Assembly (NCBI GenBank): GCA_951406725.2
Contig: OX597817.1
Coordinates: 146,816,001-146,880,000 of the forward strand
Source of the DNA: Octopus vulgaris
Taxonomy: Eukaryota
Length of the DNA stretch: 64,000 nt
Direction: 5' to 3'
Below the pieces are notes generated by a model that saw nothing but the letters and a program-made list of their open reading frames with translations, was not told the origin of the DNA and searched no databases. Every line of letters starts with the position of its first letter. The stretch's first letter is position 1. Of this stretch, positions 51,261 to 64,000 are shown piece after piece. Both the position numbers and the translations under genes were made by a program.

Positions 51261-52128
51261 AGTGTGTGTGTGTGTGTGTGTGTCTGCGTGTGTATAAGTA
51301 TACATTCACATACACACATATACAAACGCATGAAGATACAGGCACATACACTGATACACACAGACCCCTTTTCACCACCACCACCATCACCATTACCACC
51401 ACCACCACCACCACCACACACATATTATCTCTGCGCCGTAACGCTATTGTTAATTTCCTGGGTGAAATAATTTAATAAAACTATGCTGAGGATTGTTTTA
51501 TCCGAGGTGGTAAAATCCGATGAAGATTTGCCAGCCAGTCCAAAAACACCAATGTAATGATGGATAGATTCTTGGATATCCTCCAATTCTTCTTCCAAGA
51601 ATTCTTTATATTGATCGTAACAATGGATGGAAGAGTTACATAATCCTATGTACTATATATGACACACACAACCAACTACGGTTACCAAGTTATATCTAAT
51701 GCATTATTACTATCGATAGTCGCAGATTAAAAAAAACAACAACAACAACGATAACAACAGCAACAATAACAAAAACACAGAACCTCTTATCAAACCGACT
51801 CTATGACTCATTGCCACACTGCAGAGCTATGACCGTGTGGATAGGATGTTGCGGTATCTTTAGCTCATGTTGCTTTCGTTGAATGTATCGTTCAGTGCAA
51901 TATTTCACACACACGGGCGATATGATTATTTTCAAGTGGCTTTTGGTTTTAGACTAAATAATATTCGATGTGCAGACGAGGTTTAAAATTAAGCTTTCCG
52001 AAGCCTTAAAGATTTACAGGAACGACTTCTGCTTATGTTGGTTTTTTAAAAAGTACTTATTAGATAGGATATAAAGTAAACTCTGGATTAGCCATTAACA
52101 GATAACCTCTTTAGGGGATAACATTTAA

Positions 52129-52684
52129 CCCTTTGCCTGTACTGTGTATCATATGTGATACACAGGACATGTTTCCCTGATATCCATGCATCATATATGA
52201 TACATATTACCATTTTCTTTCAATTACCCGAGTAAGTTGGGGCTTATAAATGAAAAGATTTATGTTACGCAGAATGTATGAAACAAGTCTTCTTCTTGCG
52301 CCCTTTTCAAGCCTAGCCAGGCTCAAGGGCCCGGTTTCCCGGTTTCTGTGGCGTACGTGTTCCCCACCAGCTGGACGGGACGCCAGTCCATCGCAGCGTT
52401 ACTCAAGAAACTGGAAGAGTGAGAGAAAGTTGGGGCGAAAGAGTACAACAGGGGTCACCACCACCCACTGCCGGAGCTCATGGAGCTTTTAGGTGTTTTT
52501 GCTGAATAAACACATACAACGCCCGGTCTAGGAATCGAAACCGCGATCCTCCGACCGCGAGTCCGCTGCCCTAACCACTGGGCCATTGCGCCTCCACGTA
52601 TGAAACCCGTGCCAACTAAAATTCTGAAAATAAGCACGGACATTTAGGACAAACTGATGAAAATGTTCTGGACAGGCAAAGTGG
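52129..52684. mobile_element. piggyBac-type MITE containing a SINE
   Basis: TTAA-ccctttgcctgtac ... gacaggcaaagtgg-TTAA; internal palindrome gtgtatcatatgtgatacac. Confidence 0.8.
52285..52597 (-). mobile_element. SINE family C variant
   Basis: TSD gtatgaaac; reverse complement of the 47930 type. Confidence 0.92.
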
Positions 52685-52949
52685 TTAAGAACATTGTTGC
52701 GTCAAATTTTACATACATGCGCAATATGATGAATTTTAATGCCATTCAAGTTTTATAAACCAGAGTTAAATTGTTCACGGGTGAATTTAAAATTAGGCTT
52801 TGTGAAGTTTTAAAATTTCACGAGGTCAACTTTTACTGATGATATTTTTTTAAGTATCAATCAGTGGGTGGATATAAATCGTCCTGTACATTAACCAATG
52901 AAAGGATAACATTTTAGGAACATTTTTTTTACATTAAATTTACCTTACT

Positions 52950-53290
52950 TAGGCGCAGGAGTGGCTGTGTGGTAAGTAGCTTGCTTACCAACCACATGGT
53001 TCTGGGTTCAGTCCCACTGCGTGGCACTTTGGGTAAGTGTCTTCTACTATAGCATCGGACCGACCAAAGCCTTGTGAGTGGATTTGGTAGACGGACACTG
53101 AAAGAAGCCTGTGGTATATATGTATGTGTGTATATGTTTGTGTGTCTGTGTTTGTCCCCCCAACATCACTTGACAACCGATGCTGGTGTGTTTAGGCCCC
53201 CGTAACTTAGTGGTTCGGCAAAAGATACCTATAGAATAAGTAATGGGTTTACAAAGAATAAGTCCTGGGGTCGATTTGCTCGACTAGAGG
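52950..53290 (+). mobile_element. SINE family A (tail truncated)
   Basis: aggcgcaggagtggctgtgtggtaagtagc...gatttgctcgactag. Confidence 0.9.
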
Positions 53291-53784
53291 CGACTAGATG
53301 TCGAGAGCTCTAGATCTCAATTTACTGGCTACAAATACAAGTTAAAATAGATTTTATATGAAATTATTGAGTTACCAACTTCTTTAATGAATGGAAATAC
53401 ACAAGGCACTCGAATTTGGATGCACCTTCGTTATTGATCTGGTCAGAAGGAAGGGCCTACAGGATTGGAAAACTCTAGAGCAGGACACTATTTAGAAACA
53501 ATCATTAATTCAAAGATGAACCAAAGAGTGCAATAGTTCAGAAAGAATGGTAGAAATTAAGCACTGTTAGAAAAAATGATTGCTGATGTATGATTAGAAG
53601 GATTAAATAGATTTAAGAACATTTTTAAAACTACAAACTAATCATGGTAAAACAATTGGTGCTTAAAATGTTGTTATGGAATTAAATGTAAATCGTTTTA
53701 AAGAAGCAATCTGAACACAATATGTTCCTTGATTTCAACAAAAATGAAAATCATTTTGTAAGCTGAGAATTAAGCTCAGCCATA

Positions 53785-53829
<45 letters not shown>

Positions 53830-53832
<3 letters not shown>

Positions 53833-54135
53833 ACATTGTACATTTAAACACACAAGGAATCCACTCGTGGGATTCAACACGCTAGAAAGAACAGCTAGGT
53901 TGTATATTTAATTGTACCTATTGACGAAGATTTCACCTAACGAATATTATTTATTCGCTAAACTAAAATCAGAAACCAATTAGTCCAGGAAACTAGATGG
54001 TAAAAGTTTTTATTTTTTCATTTCGTTCCTGTCGGGATTTTATCCCTAATTTTGTGGTTATAGAACCTAGCTGTTCTTTCTAGCGTGTTGAATCCCACGA
54101 GTGGATTCCTTATGTGCTTAAATGTACACTGTATT
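53830..54135. mobile_element. Penelope-like pLTR with 72-bp inverted repeat enclosing a hammerhead relic
   Basis: 53830-53901 versus 54064-54135 (3 mismatches); TTGACGA-AGATTT...AAATC-A-GAAAC-caatta-GTC-cagg at 53921-53989. Confidence 0.7.
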
Positions 54136-54226
54136 TTATGAGTAATACATAGTCTTTAGACTAAATTTTTACACGCTTGGCCACTGGAAGTGAAAATTTC
54201 TATTAATTTCCATTTTCCTACGATCT

Positions 54227-54715
<489 letters not shown>

Positions 54716-54983
54716 GAAACACTAACCATCTAACTGAACAATAGAAGGACCTCGTAAACGAACTAAATAAAAAGGACCATCATATTCCTAGGTTATATTA
54801 CCAGGTTTTAACACAGTGGAACACGTCCATCCATGTCTCCAACGAAAACAATGCGCAAAATGCGGCAAGTGATTGATATTATATAATTAAGCATGCATGG
54901 TAATTAATAGTAGCTGAACCAAACACTAACAACATCGAAGAACTAATTGTACCAACAGAAGTACTTAACAGGAACCTTTAAAG

Positions 54984-55176
54984 CAGAGGTTCTCAAACTT
55001 TTGGGGCCACCCACCTCATAGCCACATCATACCCTCAGCGCCCCACCCCCATTTATATGTATAAACGCCTCCTTTTTCTCTACTGCCCCCATGGCCCCTC
55101 CCAGGCACCAGCGCCCACCTGGACCGTCTCAACGCTCATGGGGGGGGGGGTGTAGCGCCTACTTTGAGAAACTATG
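54984..55176. mobile_element. hAT (Charlie-like) MITE
   Basis: cagaggttctcaaa / tttgagaaactatg ends; 8-bp TSD ctttaaag. Confidence 0.85.
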
Positions 55177-55934
55177 CTTTAAAGGAACAACACTTGTCAA
55201 CTCAGACAATCCAGTATATCAGGCAACCCAATCGTCAGCCTGAACTGTGACTAGCAAAAACTTCAAACCGGTAACATCAAGACAAAATTTGTTCCCTTGA
55301 CCTGCGACATCTGAATTCAGTAAGGAAACGCCTGCTGTACCTAAAGCCAAACCAATGACCTACGTTCTCCATCCCAACATGTGCACGCATAAACATCAAA
55401 ACAAGTCAAGTCTGACCACACTCCTCCATCTCTTCTATCATTATCGTTCCTTTCTCTCTTACTATCACCTTCTCTTCTCTATCAACAGAGAACAACTAAA
55501 CAATTTAGATACTTAGTACTGTCATAATAATTCCCTCTTATTGTCTATATACATATATACTCCTCTTATTGTCTATATACATATATACACATGGTTAAAC
55601 CAAGCACGCACAGAACCCTTCCCATACCTTTTGATTGGCGAAAATTGATAAACGTTCTTCAGTTGCGCATTCGTTACTTCCATCTTAAATGCCATATCGC
55701 CTGAAGAAATGAACGCACCTGATATCTATGGATATTACAGGTTGTATTATAATAATCCCACGAATGCGGATTATGGTCACAAAAAACAAGTGATATGTGG
55801 AAATATTTATAAATTCCACCTTTGGATTATAAATATTACTCTCTGTTTCCTCTCTCTGTCTCCCCTTCCCTCTCTCTCACTCTCTCTATATGCATATATA
55901 TATATTTATTTATTTATAAATTTATATATGTATA

Positions 55935-57393
55935 CTAGCAAACGCACCGTCCTTTGGACGGTTTATATTGTTTTGGTGGTATTTTTTTTTCATAAAATAA
56001 TTGAACTACCGAGAAGGTTTATGAATAGCACGACAATCTATGTTTCCAATAAACCCAGGAACGGAAAATCAAATTGAAGGCTGGTTATTGTGAAGGTCGT
56101 TACATTTTAATGACCAGAGAACATATAAGTTTGCAAGCGATACGAAGTAGAGCTACTGAAGTGTTTTTGGAGTAGATTACGATAATGACTACAAAATATA
56201 GTTGTTTTACATGAAAGCGAAATTTCTTCTCAGAAACAGCCACATAAATGGTGTGATGAAATTGAAGGAAGAAGTTGAAACTTCCCCTCTGCGAGTTTAT
56301 TTTTTTCAACAGCAAAGGCAACTATTTTTCGGAGAGATAAGCAAACAAGAGCCCCTTTATTCTGTTTTCCCATATAGCCTTCACATAAACTAATAGTGAC
56401 TGCTGCATAAAGTTAAATTGGTATGGAGCTTTCTGATAGATACGTATAGCTTTCGCTAGTGGAAGTAAAACTCTTATTTGAAGGTTAAATTTTTGGGACG
56501 AATCATGTGATTGTTTAAAAAAGGCTAGAACGACAATGCTAAAATTTGAAACAATGGACAACAGTCAGCATATCATAATGGATGGGTAAATAAGCATCCT
56601 TAAAGTGAAACAACGCATTGGTAGGTAAATAAAGGTATCAAAAAATAGAAGAGAGGGAAAGGAACATCACCTTTCAAGTAACTCAGAATAGGTGAAGGTA
56701 AGCTTGCCAAAGTTTAATGCAGTTTAAATATGGATATTAAGATTGTTTGGTATTAGACATTCATAGCGTTCAATGTTCCTAGTCAATTTAATCACCGTCG
56801 CAGGTGGGCAATCGAAATAAGTAGATAAAAGCTTTTCACTTTTATAAAAAGATAAAAAAATTATGGAAGATCCTACATACAAAAAACTATGTCCATGTAG
56901 GTCCATTTACGCGGGAGCGCTGGGCAAAATGTTTAGTGCGTGACCATCCTTGGGACGTAAGTAATATGTGTGTAAAGTTTGGTGAAAATCGGTTGAGAAT
57001 TGCAGAAATGTATGCGTTCAGTGTTCCTTTTCAATTTAATCACCGTTGCTGGTGGACAGTGGAAATAAATAAACAGAATTCTTTCACTTTTATAAAAAGA
57101 CTGAAAAAGTATGGAAGACCCTATAGATTATAAAGCAGCTGATTAATGCAAATGAATAAGAATCATCTTTTGTTGGTTTCCCATCACTCTAGAGGTCCCA
57201 ATATCGATTTTAAAAAATCTAAGTAGCTTATGTTCGGGTCTGGGATATGAAGCAGCTGTGTATAAAATGTTAAAGAAATCAGAAGAAAGATGTAGAAGTT
57301 ACTGAGGTACATTAAATTTTTGCACACACACAAACACCACACATGCATATACACACATACACACACACACACGGAAAACTTCTATTCTATAGA
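55935..57393 (-). mobile_element. Non-autonomous Helitron
   Basis: Sense 5' TC (plus 57392-57393), 3' hairpin accgtcc-aaa-ggacggt then CTAG, between host A and T; internal duplication 56783-56880 / 57031-57125. Confidence 0.7.
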
Positions 57394-57687
57394 TATTATA
57401 TATATATATGCGAATAAATTGAAGATATAATTATTAAAATGATTATAGCAGTGACCAGCGCATAAAAACCTCCATATAGGAAAGGTTAATATTTAAGTAT
57501 ATAATTATAAATACATAATTATAATTAAGGGTACTGGAGGGACAATGCCAATACGGTAGTAGAAGTAGATGTCAAATGTCTACAAACCACACAATTTGTT
57601 CTCCTTGTTACACAAGGCTGAATGCAAGGAAATGGACAAGAAGGTTTATAAAATTTCCGGCAACTCAATATCTATACTCTTTTATTA

Positions 57688-58074
57688 TTTTACTTGTTTC
57701 AGACATTTTGACTACGGCCATGCTGGGGCACCGCCTTCAGTCGAAGAAATCGATCCCAGGACTTATTCTTTGTGAGCCTAGTACTTACGTTGTCGGCCTC
57801 TGTTGCCGAACCGCTAAGTTACGGGCACGTAAACACACCAGCATCAGTTGTCAAGCGATGTTGTGGGGGTGGGGCAAATACAGACACACAACCATACACA
57901 CACATGCACACAAACACTTACATACACATATATACGACGGGCTTCTTTCAGTTTCTGTCTGCCAAATCCACTCATAAGGCTTTCGTCGGCCCGAGACTAT
58001 AGTAGAAGACACTTGCCCAAGGTGCCACGCAATGGAACAGAACCCGGAACCATGTGGTTGGTAAGCAAGCTACT
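57688..58074 (-). mobile_element. SINE family A lacking its first ~25 nt
   Basis: Sense sequence starts agtagcttgcttacc, directly after the tail of the Tx1-like element. Confidence 0.9.
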
Positions 58075-59420
58075 TTATTTCATTAAGATTTGCCATAAAG
58101 GCATTACAAAGAGTAGCTTGCGGGCCGGACATATCCATTGATGAGGTGAATGATGAAACCAGGATGATATTGATGAGAGAAGGCAGAAAACGCCCGCCGA
58201 TTTTCTGCTTCTCTAAAACATTGTTCTTTTTTTCCATCAAAAACGACAATTATTGGACTTAATAGTCCATTACAAATATATATAATAAATTATTCAATAT
58301 ACACACAATCTATAAGATCAATCAAGCAAATGACACGCTGCCTGCAGGAAAGCCTGCATCGGCAGGTCGGGGCCCGGAAAGAGGAAAGTAAAATCTGTCT
58401 TATTACAGGTCACCATCACCTCGAACAGTTCCTTCTGACTCACCACGTCCGCAGCCACCTGCGGAGGACAGTCTGGACAGTCTATACAAACCGAGTCCAA
58501 TCGTTCTCGGCCTGGAAGACCGTCCAAGCACTTCTCGACAGGGCCTTCCCTGAGATAGAAAACGACGGGTTTCACGTTCTCCTCACGGGGAGAGGCTTCA
58601 GCCCTCTCTGTCAATGGCACATTTCCCACTGACAGAGCCTCTCGTTCCGGTGGCTCACGTTCCACCGAAGGGGTTTCGGAACATGCCGCCGGTGCACCAG
58701 CAACCGCCGGCGATGCCCCGTTTTTCTTTCTTTTCTCCCCCCACTTTTCGCTTCGGGAGAGCGAGGTTCCTCCGGTTTGTCCGTATGTCCCTCCTTCCCT
58801 CCAGCCGCCACGGGATCCATCGGTGGGAAACCATTGTTGTCCACCTTTCTTTTTTCCCTTTCAAGGGGGTTACCTCCTCCTCGATTTTTTCTACACCTCC
58901 CTCCTTTATATGCTCAGGAGGCTCCGTTGGAGGAAAAACATCCGTCTCTATTAATTTTTCCAGTGCCCCTGCATGGTTGTTGGGGCACTTCCTCTTAATG
59001 TGACTCGATTCCAGGCACAGGTGACACTTGATGGGGAGGGGGGCTCCCTCAAGAGTCACCAGATACCTAGAACCGGCCATCTTTAGAAAATCTGGGAAGA
59101 CCAGATCTTTGGCTGATTGGGTCCATAGGGTCAAAATTGCTTTCGACCCCACCCAATCAGCCACAGGAAGCATTCTAACATTCAACAGCCTGGTTCCGTT
59201 GCCACCCAGACCCCGGCAGATAGTGTCCCTCTATCCACTCAGGCTCTATTCCGGGTGGAGGGCCACTCACCCAGCCTCTTGTCAATTTCCTTCCACGATA
59301 TGTGGGGAGAGACAAAATTTTTTTCCCTTCCAGGGGCTGACTAGCAAACAAGCTAGCCTCTTTAGAGGTGTCAAATAGTATCTTCTGCCACATGTATCAC
59401 TGACGAAAAGAGGGCTTTTA
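58075..59420 (-). pseudogene. Tx1/L1-like ORF1 (gag-like) relic with 3' tail and no ORF2
   Basis: Frameshifted ORFs 59175-59393, 58655-59185 (CHLCLESSHIKRKC, a CX2CX4HX4C knuckle, preceded by LVTLEG) and 58318-58665; GC-rich island ending in an A-rich tail. Confidence 0.7.
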
Positions 59421-59597
59421 GTAGCTAACTCTGAAATCGGTCCGATATGGTGATAATGGAATTTTTTAGAAATTTCTGTCGACCTTTTTTCGAGTAGCGT
59501 GCGTTTTGTGAAAAAATTATATGGTTAATGGACGACAATATGTCCAATTTTTCCGCATATTTGGCATTAGAAATGTTTTCCTTTGCCCTCATTTATG

Positions 59598-59703
<106 letters not shown>

Positions 59704-61207
59704 GTGTGTGTGTTTGTGTGCATGTGTAAATATACACATACATACGCATATTATAATCGTTTCTGTACAGTCTTTGACTATCAACTTTTGCGCACAGAGT
59801 ATCAATAGAGCCGAGGTTAATGTTGAAGAAACTTGCCCAAACAGTTACACTGTGTAGCCGAACTTGAAACTGCGTCGTTGCGATGCGAAACGAATTTCCA
59901 CGCAACCGCATACATTCGCACCAAAGTTTCTCAAATATGCAGCCTTTATATTTGAGATCTTGCACTTCCAGTTATTGCTTTCTACTCGATTTAAGCTGGC
60001 CGGAGACAGCAACGTAGTTGACTGACTGAGTAAACATTATCAGACACAACTTCGGACTAATTCCACAGTCCGGAATCAAAGGATTTTGATTGTTCTGTTG
60101 ACTGTATATTTTGGTGATTCGCCAGACAATGATGCCGGATCTGCCAGAAGATCATTATGTCTGCGAATGCTATGGCCCTTCTATTGAATGTAGGATTTAT
60201 ATTACAGCAATTTCGTTATCCAGACATTTACCGATTCTGAACGAAGGATCTTTATTTGATTTCGTCGGATTTTCTTAGAATCATCAATTGCGATGCTATA
60301 GTTCTCTTGATAGTGGTGCCATGTCAATAAATACAAGTTATTGAACATCTTTTGCCCGGAAATGAGAATATGAAAGGCAAAGTCAAAGAAAAACATGGCC
60401 GTATTTAATGAATGTTATGGAGAAACGTTTTAATTTATTCAGATGATGAGAAAGAACACCGCTGAAAGAAAATCTATGTAAATAGTTTCTTGCTTGGGCG
60501 TATAACAAAAATCATTTTGATATGGTCAATTAAGAATTATATTTGTGGCTGAAAATTCCTTTCATATGGACTGAGGAAAAGCGATGTCTGAAGATGAAAG
60601 AGTTGTGTAATATTTCTATTGGTAGTTAATGTAGATAATAGAAATAATTCACATAAGAGTTATCAAGACAATTAGTTTTGGCAGCGATGCAAAAAGAAAT
60701 GTTCTCAATAGTTAGATATTTAATAATTGTTATCTTTGAAATTTAGAAAACGTGATTAAATAATTGGTTAAAAATTTTGTTTGCTCATGTTATCTGTGTG
60801 TTAGGAATTGAGTTAGTCCATTTTTATCCTGGTAACTCATAAGAAAATAAAGCCAGCACACACAAATATTTAACAATTATGAAGAAAATGCGATAGAAAA
60901 ATTCAATTAATTCTATATATTCTATAATTTGAAACTTAAAATAATGTAGAGATTTTGCTAATACTTCGAGCTAAATATCTGTGTAAATTTAAATAGTTAT
61001 TAAGTATTAATACCTTTTGTTAATGTTAAATCTTGCGAATTAGTAATGGCGGAATTCTGAGTATTAACAAAATCAGTTGTTGTTACTTACAAGATAAGTG
61101 TATTTATATAAATGACGTCGGCTTTGTATAGTTGTATCGTTTATGTTGACGCGAAAGACCGAGCGTGTCGCTCGATGTAATTGTGTTTGATATCTCCTTT
61201 ATATCTA

Positions 61208-61850
<643 letters not shown>

Positions 61851-62799
61851 GTACCTCAGAGATTATAAGACATTTTCTTGTGATAACATCTATAATATGC
61901 AACGAAAATTTTGACAGATTTAAGTGTGGTAATATTGGTAGGTTTCGTCTGTTAACATTAAACTTAAGTTCACAAGGCAACTGTTTGAATAGAATTTTAA
62001 ACATAGGATAGCGCCAGAGAAAAACCGTAAGCTATTGATTGACACGGTAATTACACATAAACATTGGTTGCAGAAATGAAATTTTACCTGTAAGCGGCGA
62101 CTGAACCCGTTATTTCAGCATTGATATTTTATGATTCTCACTTATGCGTCAACAAACGCCAACGGTAAGATAGTCAAGGAATATTGATTTGGACAATATT
62201 ATAAAAACACAAAGCGTCTCTTTTATTATCAAATCAGAAATAATACCGTTTCATCCCTGCTATTTATTGAGTCATCTGTCCAATAAGTAGAGCAAGTGAG
62301 ACTATAAAGACCCATAATATTATCTCTGCCTATTTCCATGGCGTGCATGCATTTATCTTTACAATTTTTATTCATTTCCTATGAAATTGTCTTGGGAAAT
62401 ACCACAAGTGAATAAAGAGAAAATACACCATATATGTTTCTTTCAAAATAACAACAAAAGATAACATGAGATAAGAGCTTACAGTAAGTACGGATCGTGT
62501 ACCAAGCCAAGGTATCTGATAAAAAGTCAAAAGAGTGGATTCATCTTGAGGTAAGCTTATGAAGGAGAGGAAAAGAGTGAAGAAGAGTTCTAGTTTCAAG
62601 GGGCGTAATCTTGTCTTTGCTGTAGAAGAATATAAACTGATAGAGTGCGTTGGAGTTACGTCAGTCAGTATCTTTGTTATGACAAACAGACAGATATACC
62701 ATTCTATTTGGAAACAATAAAACTTTCCACGCTCATCTCTAATCTATTTAACCATCGTTTCTCCTCAAAATACAAGAACTGTAAAATAAAAGAGTAAAC

Positions 62800-63000
62800 T
62801 AATATACATATACATATACATACATGCATACATACATACATACATACATACATACATACATACACACATAAATATATATATATAATATATATAATATACA
62901 CATACATACATATATATATTATATATATATACACATATATATATAATATAACATATATATATATATAATATACATATACATACATTTATACATATATAAG

Positions 63001-63045
<45 letters not shown>

Positions 63046-63176
63046 CACACAGATAAATATATGTATGTACGTACACATATGCATATGTAAAAGTATATAT
63101 ATCTACCTATGTATATGTATATGTGTGTGTATATATATATGTATATATTTACACGCATTCATATGAATACATGTAT

Positions 63177-63207
<31 letters not shown>

Positions 63208-63270
63208 TATACACATATATATATGTATGTATTTATATACACAGATATGTCTATGAATATATACATACGT
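62800..63270. repeat. Compound (TA)/(CATA)/(CA) microsatellite
   Basis: Directly visible. Confidence 0.95.
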
Positions 63271-64000
63271 TTATTGCGTTTGTATAAAATTACAAGACAT
63301 ACAATTACAAAAGTTACAATTGAGGAACAGATTCGGAATATAAAAGAAGAAAACGGATTAGAAAGGCAGAGATTGGAAGAACAAAGGAGACAAAGTAAAG
63401 GCAAGAATTAACAACTACAAACACTCTCTCTCACATACACACATGCATATGTATATATATATATGAATATATACACACATATATATGTATATATATGTAT
63501 ATATATACATGTATACATACATATATGTGTATATATATATACATATATATATGTGTGTGTATGTGTGGAGTGAGTGAGAGAGTGAGAGAGAGAAATAAAG
63601 AGAGAGAGAGAAAGAGAGAGAGAGAGGGAGAAAAAGAAAGGGATAGAGAGAGTGTATAATAGTTAAATAACAAGGGAAAGATATGAATTAAGTAGAGTTT
63701 TGGGTTTAAGTGATCGATTTGATTTCTCCTGATATCGATAGCATCAAGCACAATAAATAGGGGGTAATGATAGTAACCATGACAAGGAGATTGGCAACAT
63801 TATCTTACATACACACAACCCACATGCACACATACACACGTTCAATGAGCCAGACGCTCTCTCTCTTACACACACATACATACACAGGAATACGCACAAC
63901 GCACATAGTCATACATACATAGACACACAGACGTAAAGAGTCACACTTAAGCAGTAACACACTCACAGGCAAATATAGAAAACCATACAAGCACTGACAC

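Noticed and set aside
55534-55588. 28-bp tandem duplication cctcttattgtctatatacatatatac
   Set aside because: Ordinary slippage duplication.

Overview
Eukaryotic, AT-rich, microsatellite-saturated non-genic DNA (intergenic or inside a very large intron). I recognise no host protein-coding exon, and almost all ORFs in the track are translations of (TA)n/(CA)n/(TATG)n/(TTC)n repeats. The SINE families resemble those I associate with octopus (coleoid cephalopod) genomes; this is inference from memory, not a search. The window is a layered transposon landscape. It holds about 40 tRNA-derived SINE copies of three main families (called A, B and C here) and relics of CR1-like, R4/Dong-like, RTE, Tx1/L1-like and Penelope-like retroelements. 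It also holds two Tc1/mariner transposase relics (DD41D and DD37D spacing), pogo-, piggyBac- and hAT-type MITEs and a non-autonomous Helitron. Strongest signals: (1) SINE-B arrays with eight junctions at one homologous nucleotide of the SINE head, where terminal units carry different tails, arguing for site-specific insertion into related SINEs; (2) an ORF1-only Tx1-like element whose 3' tail contains an exact 10-nt complement of the target DNA at its junction, hinting at RNA-assisted target choice; (3) about a dozen hammerhead-ribozyme motifs, one with a fully intact core and one attached to a tRNA-like Pol III head; (4) several foldback duplications centred on TA tracts. All calls were read by eye and boundaries are approximate to a few bases.
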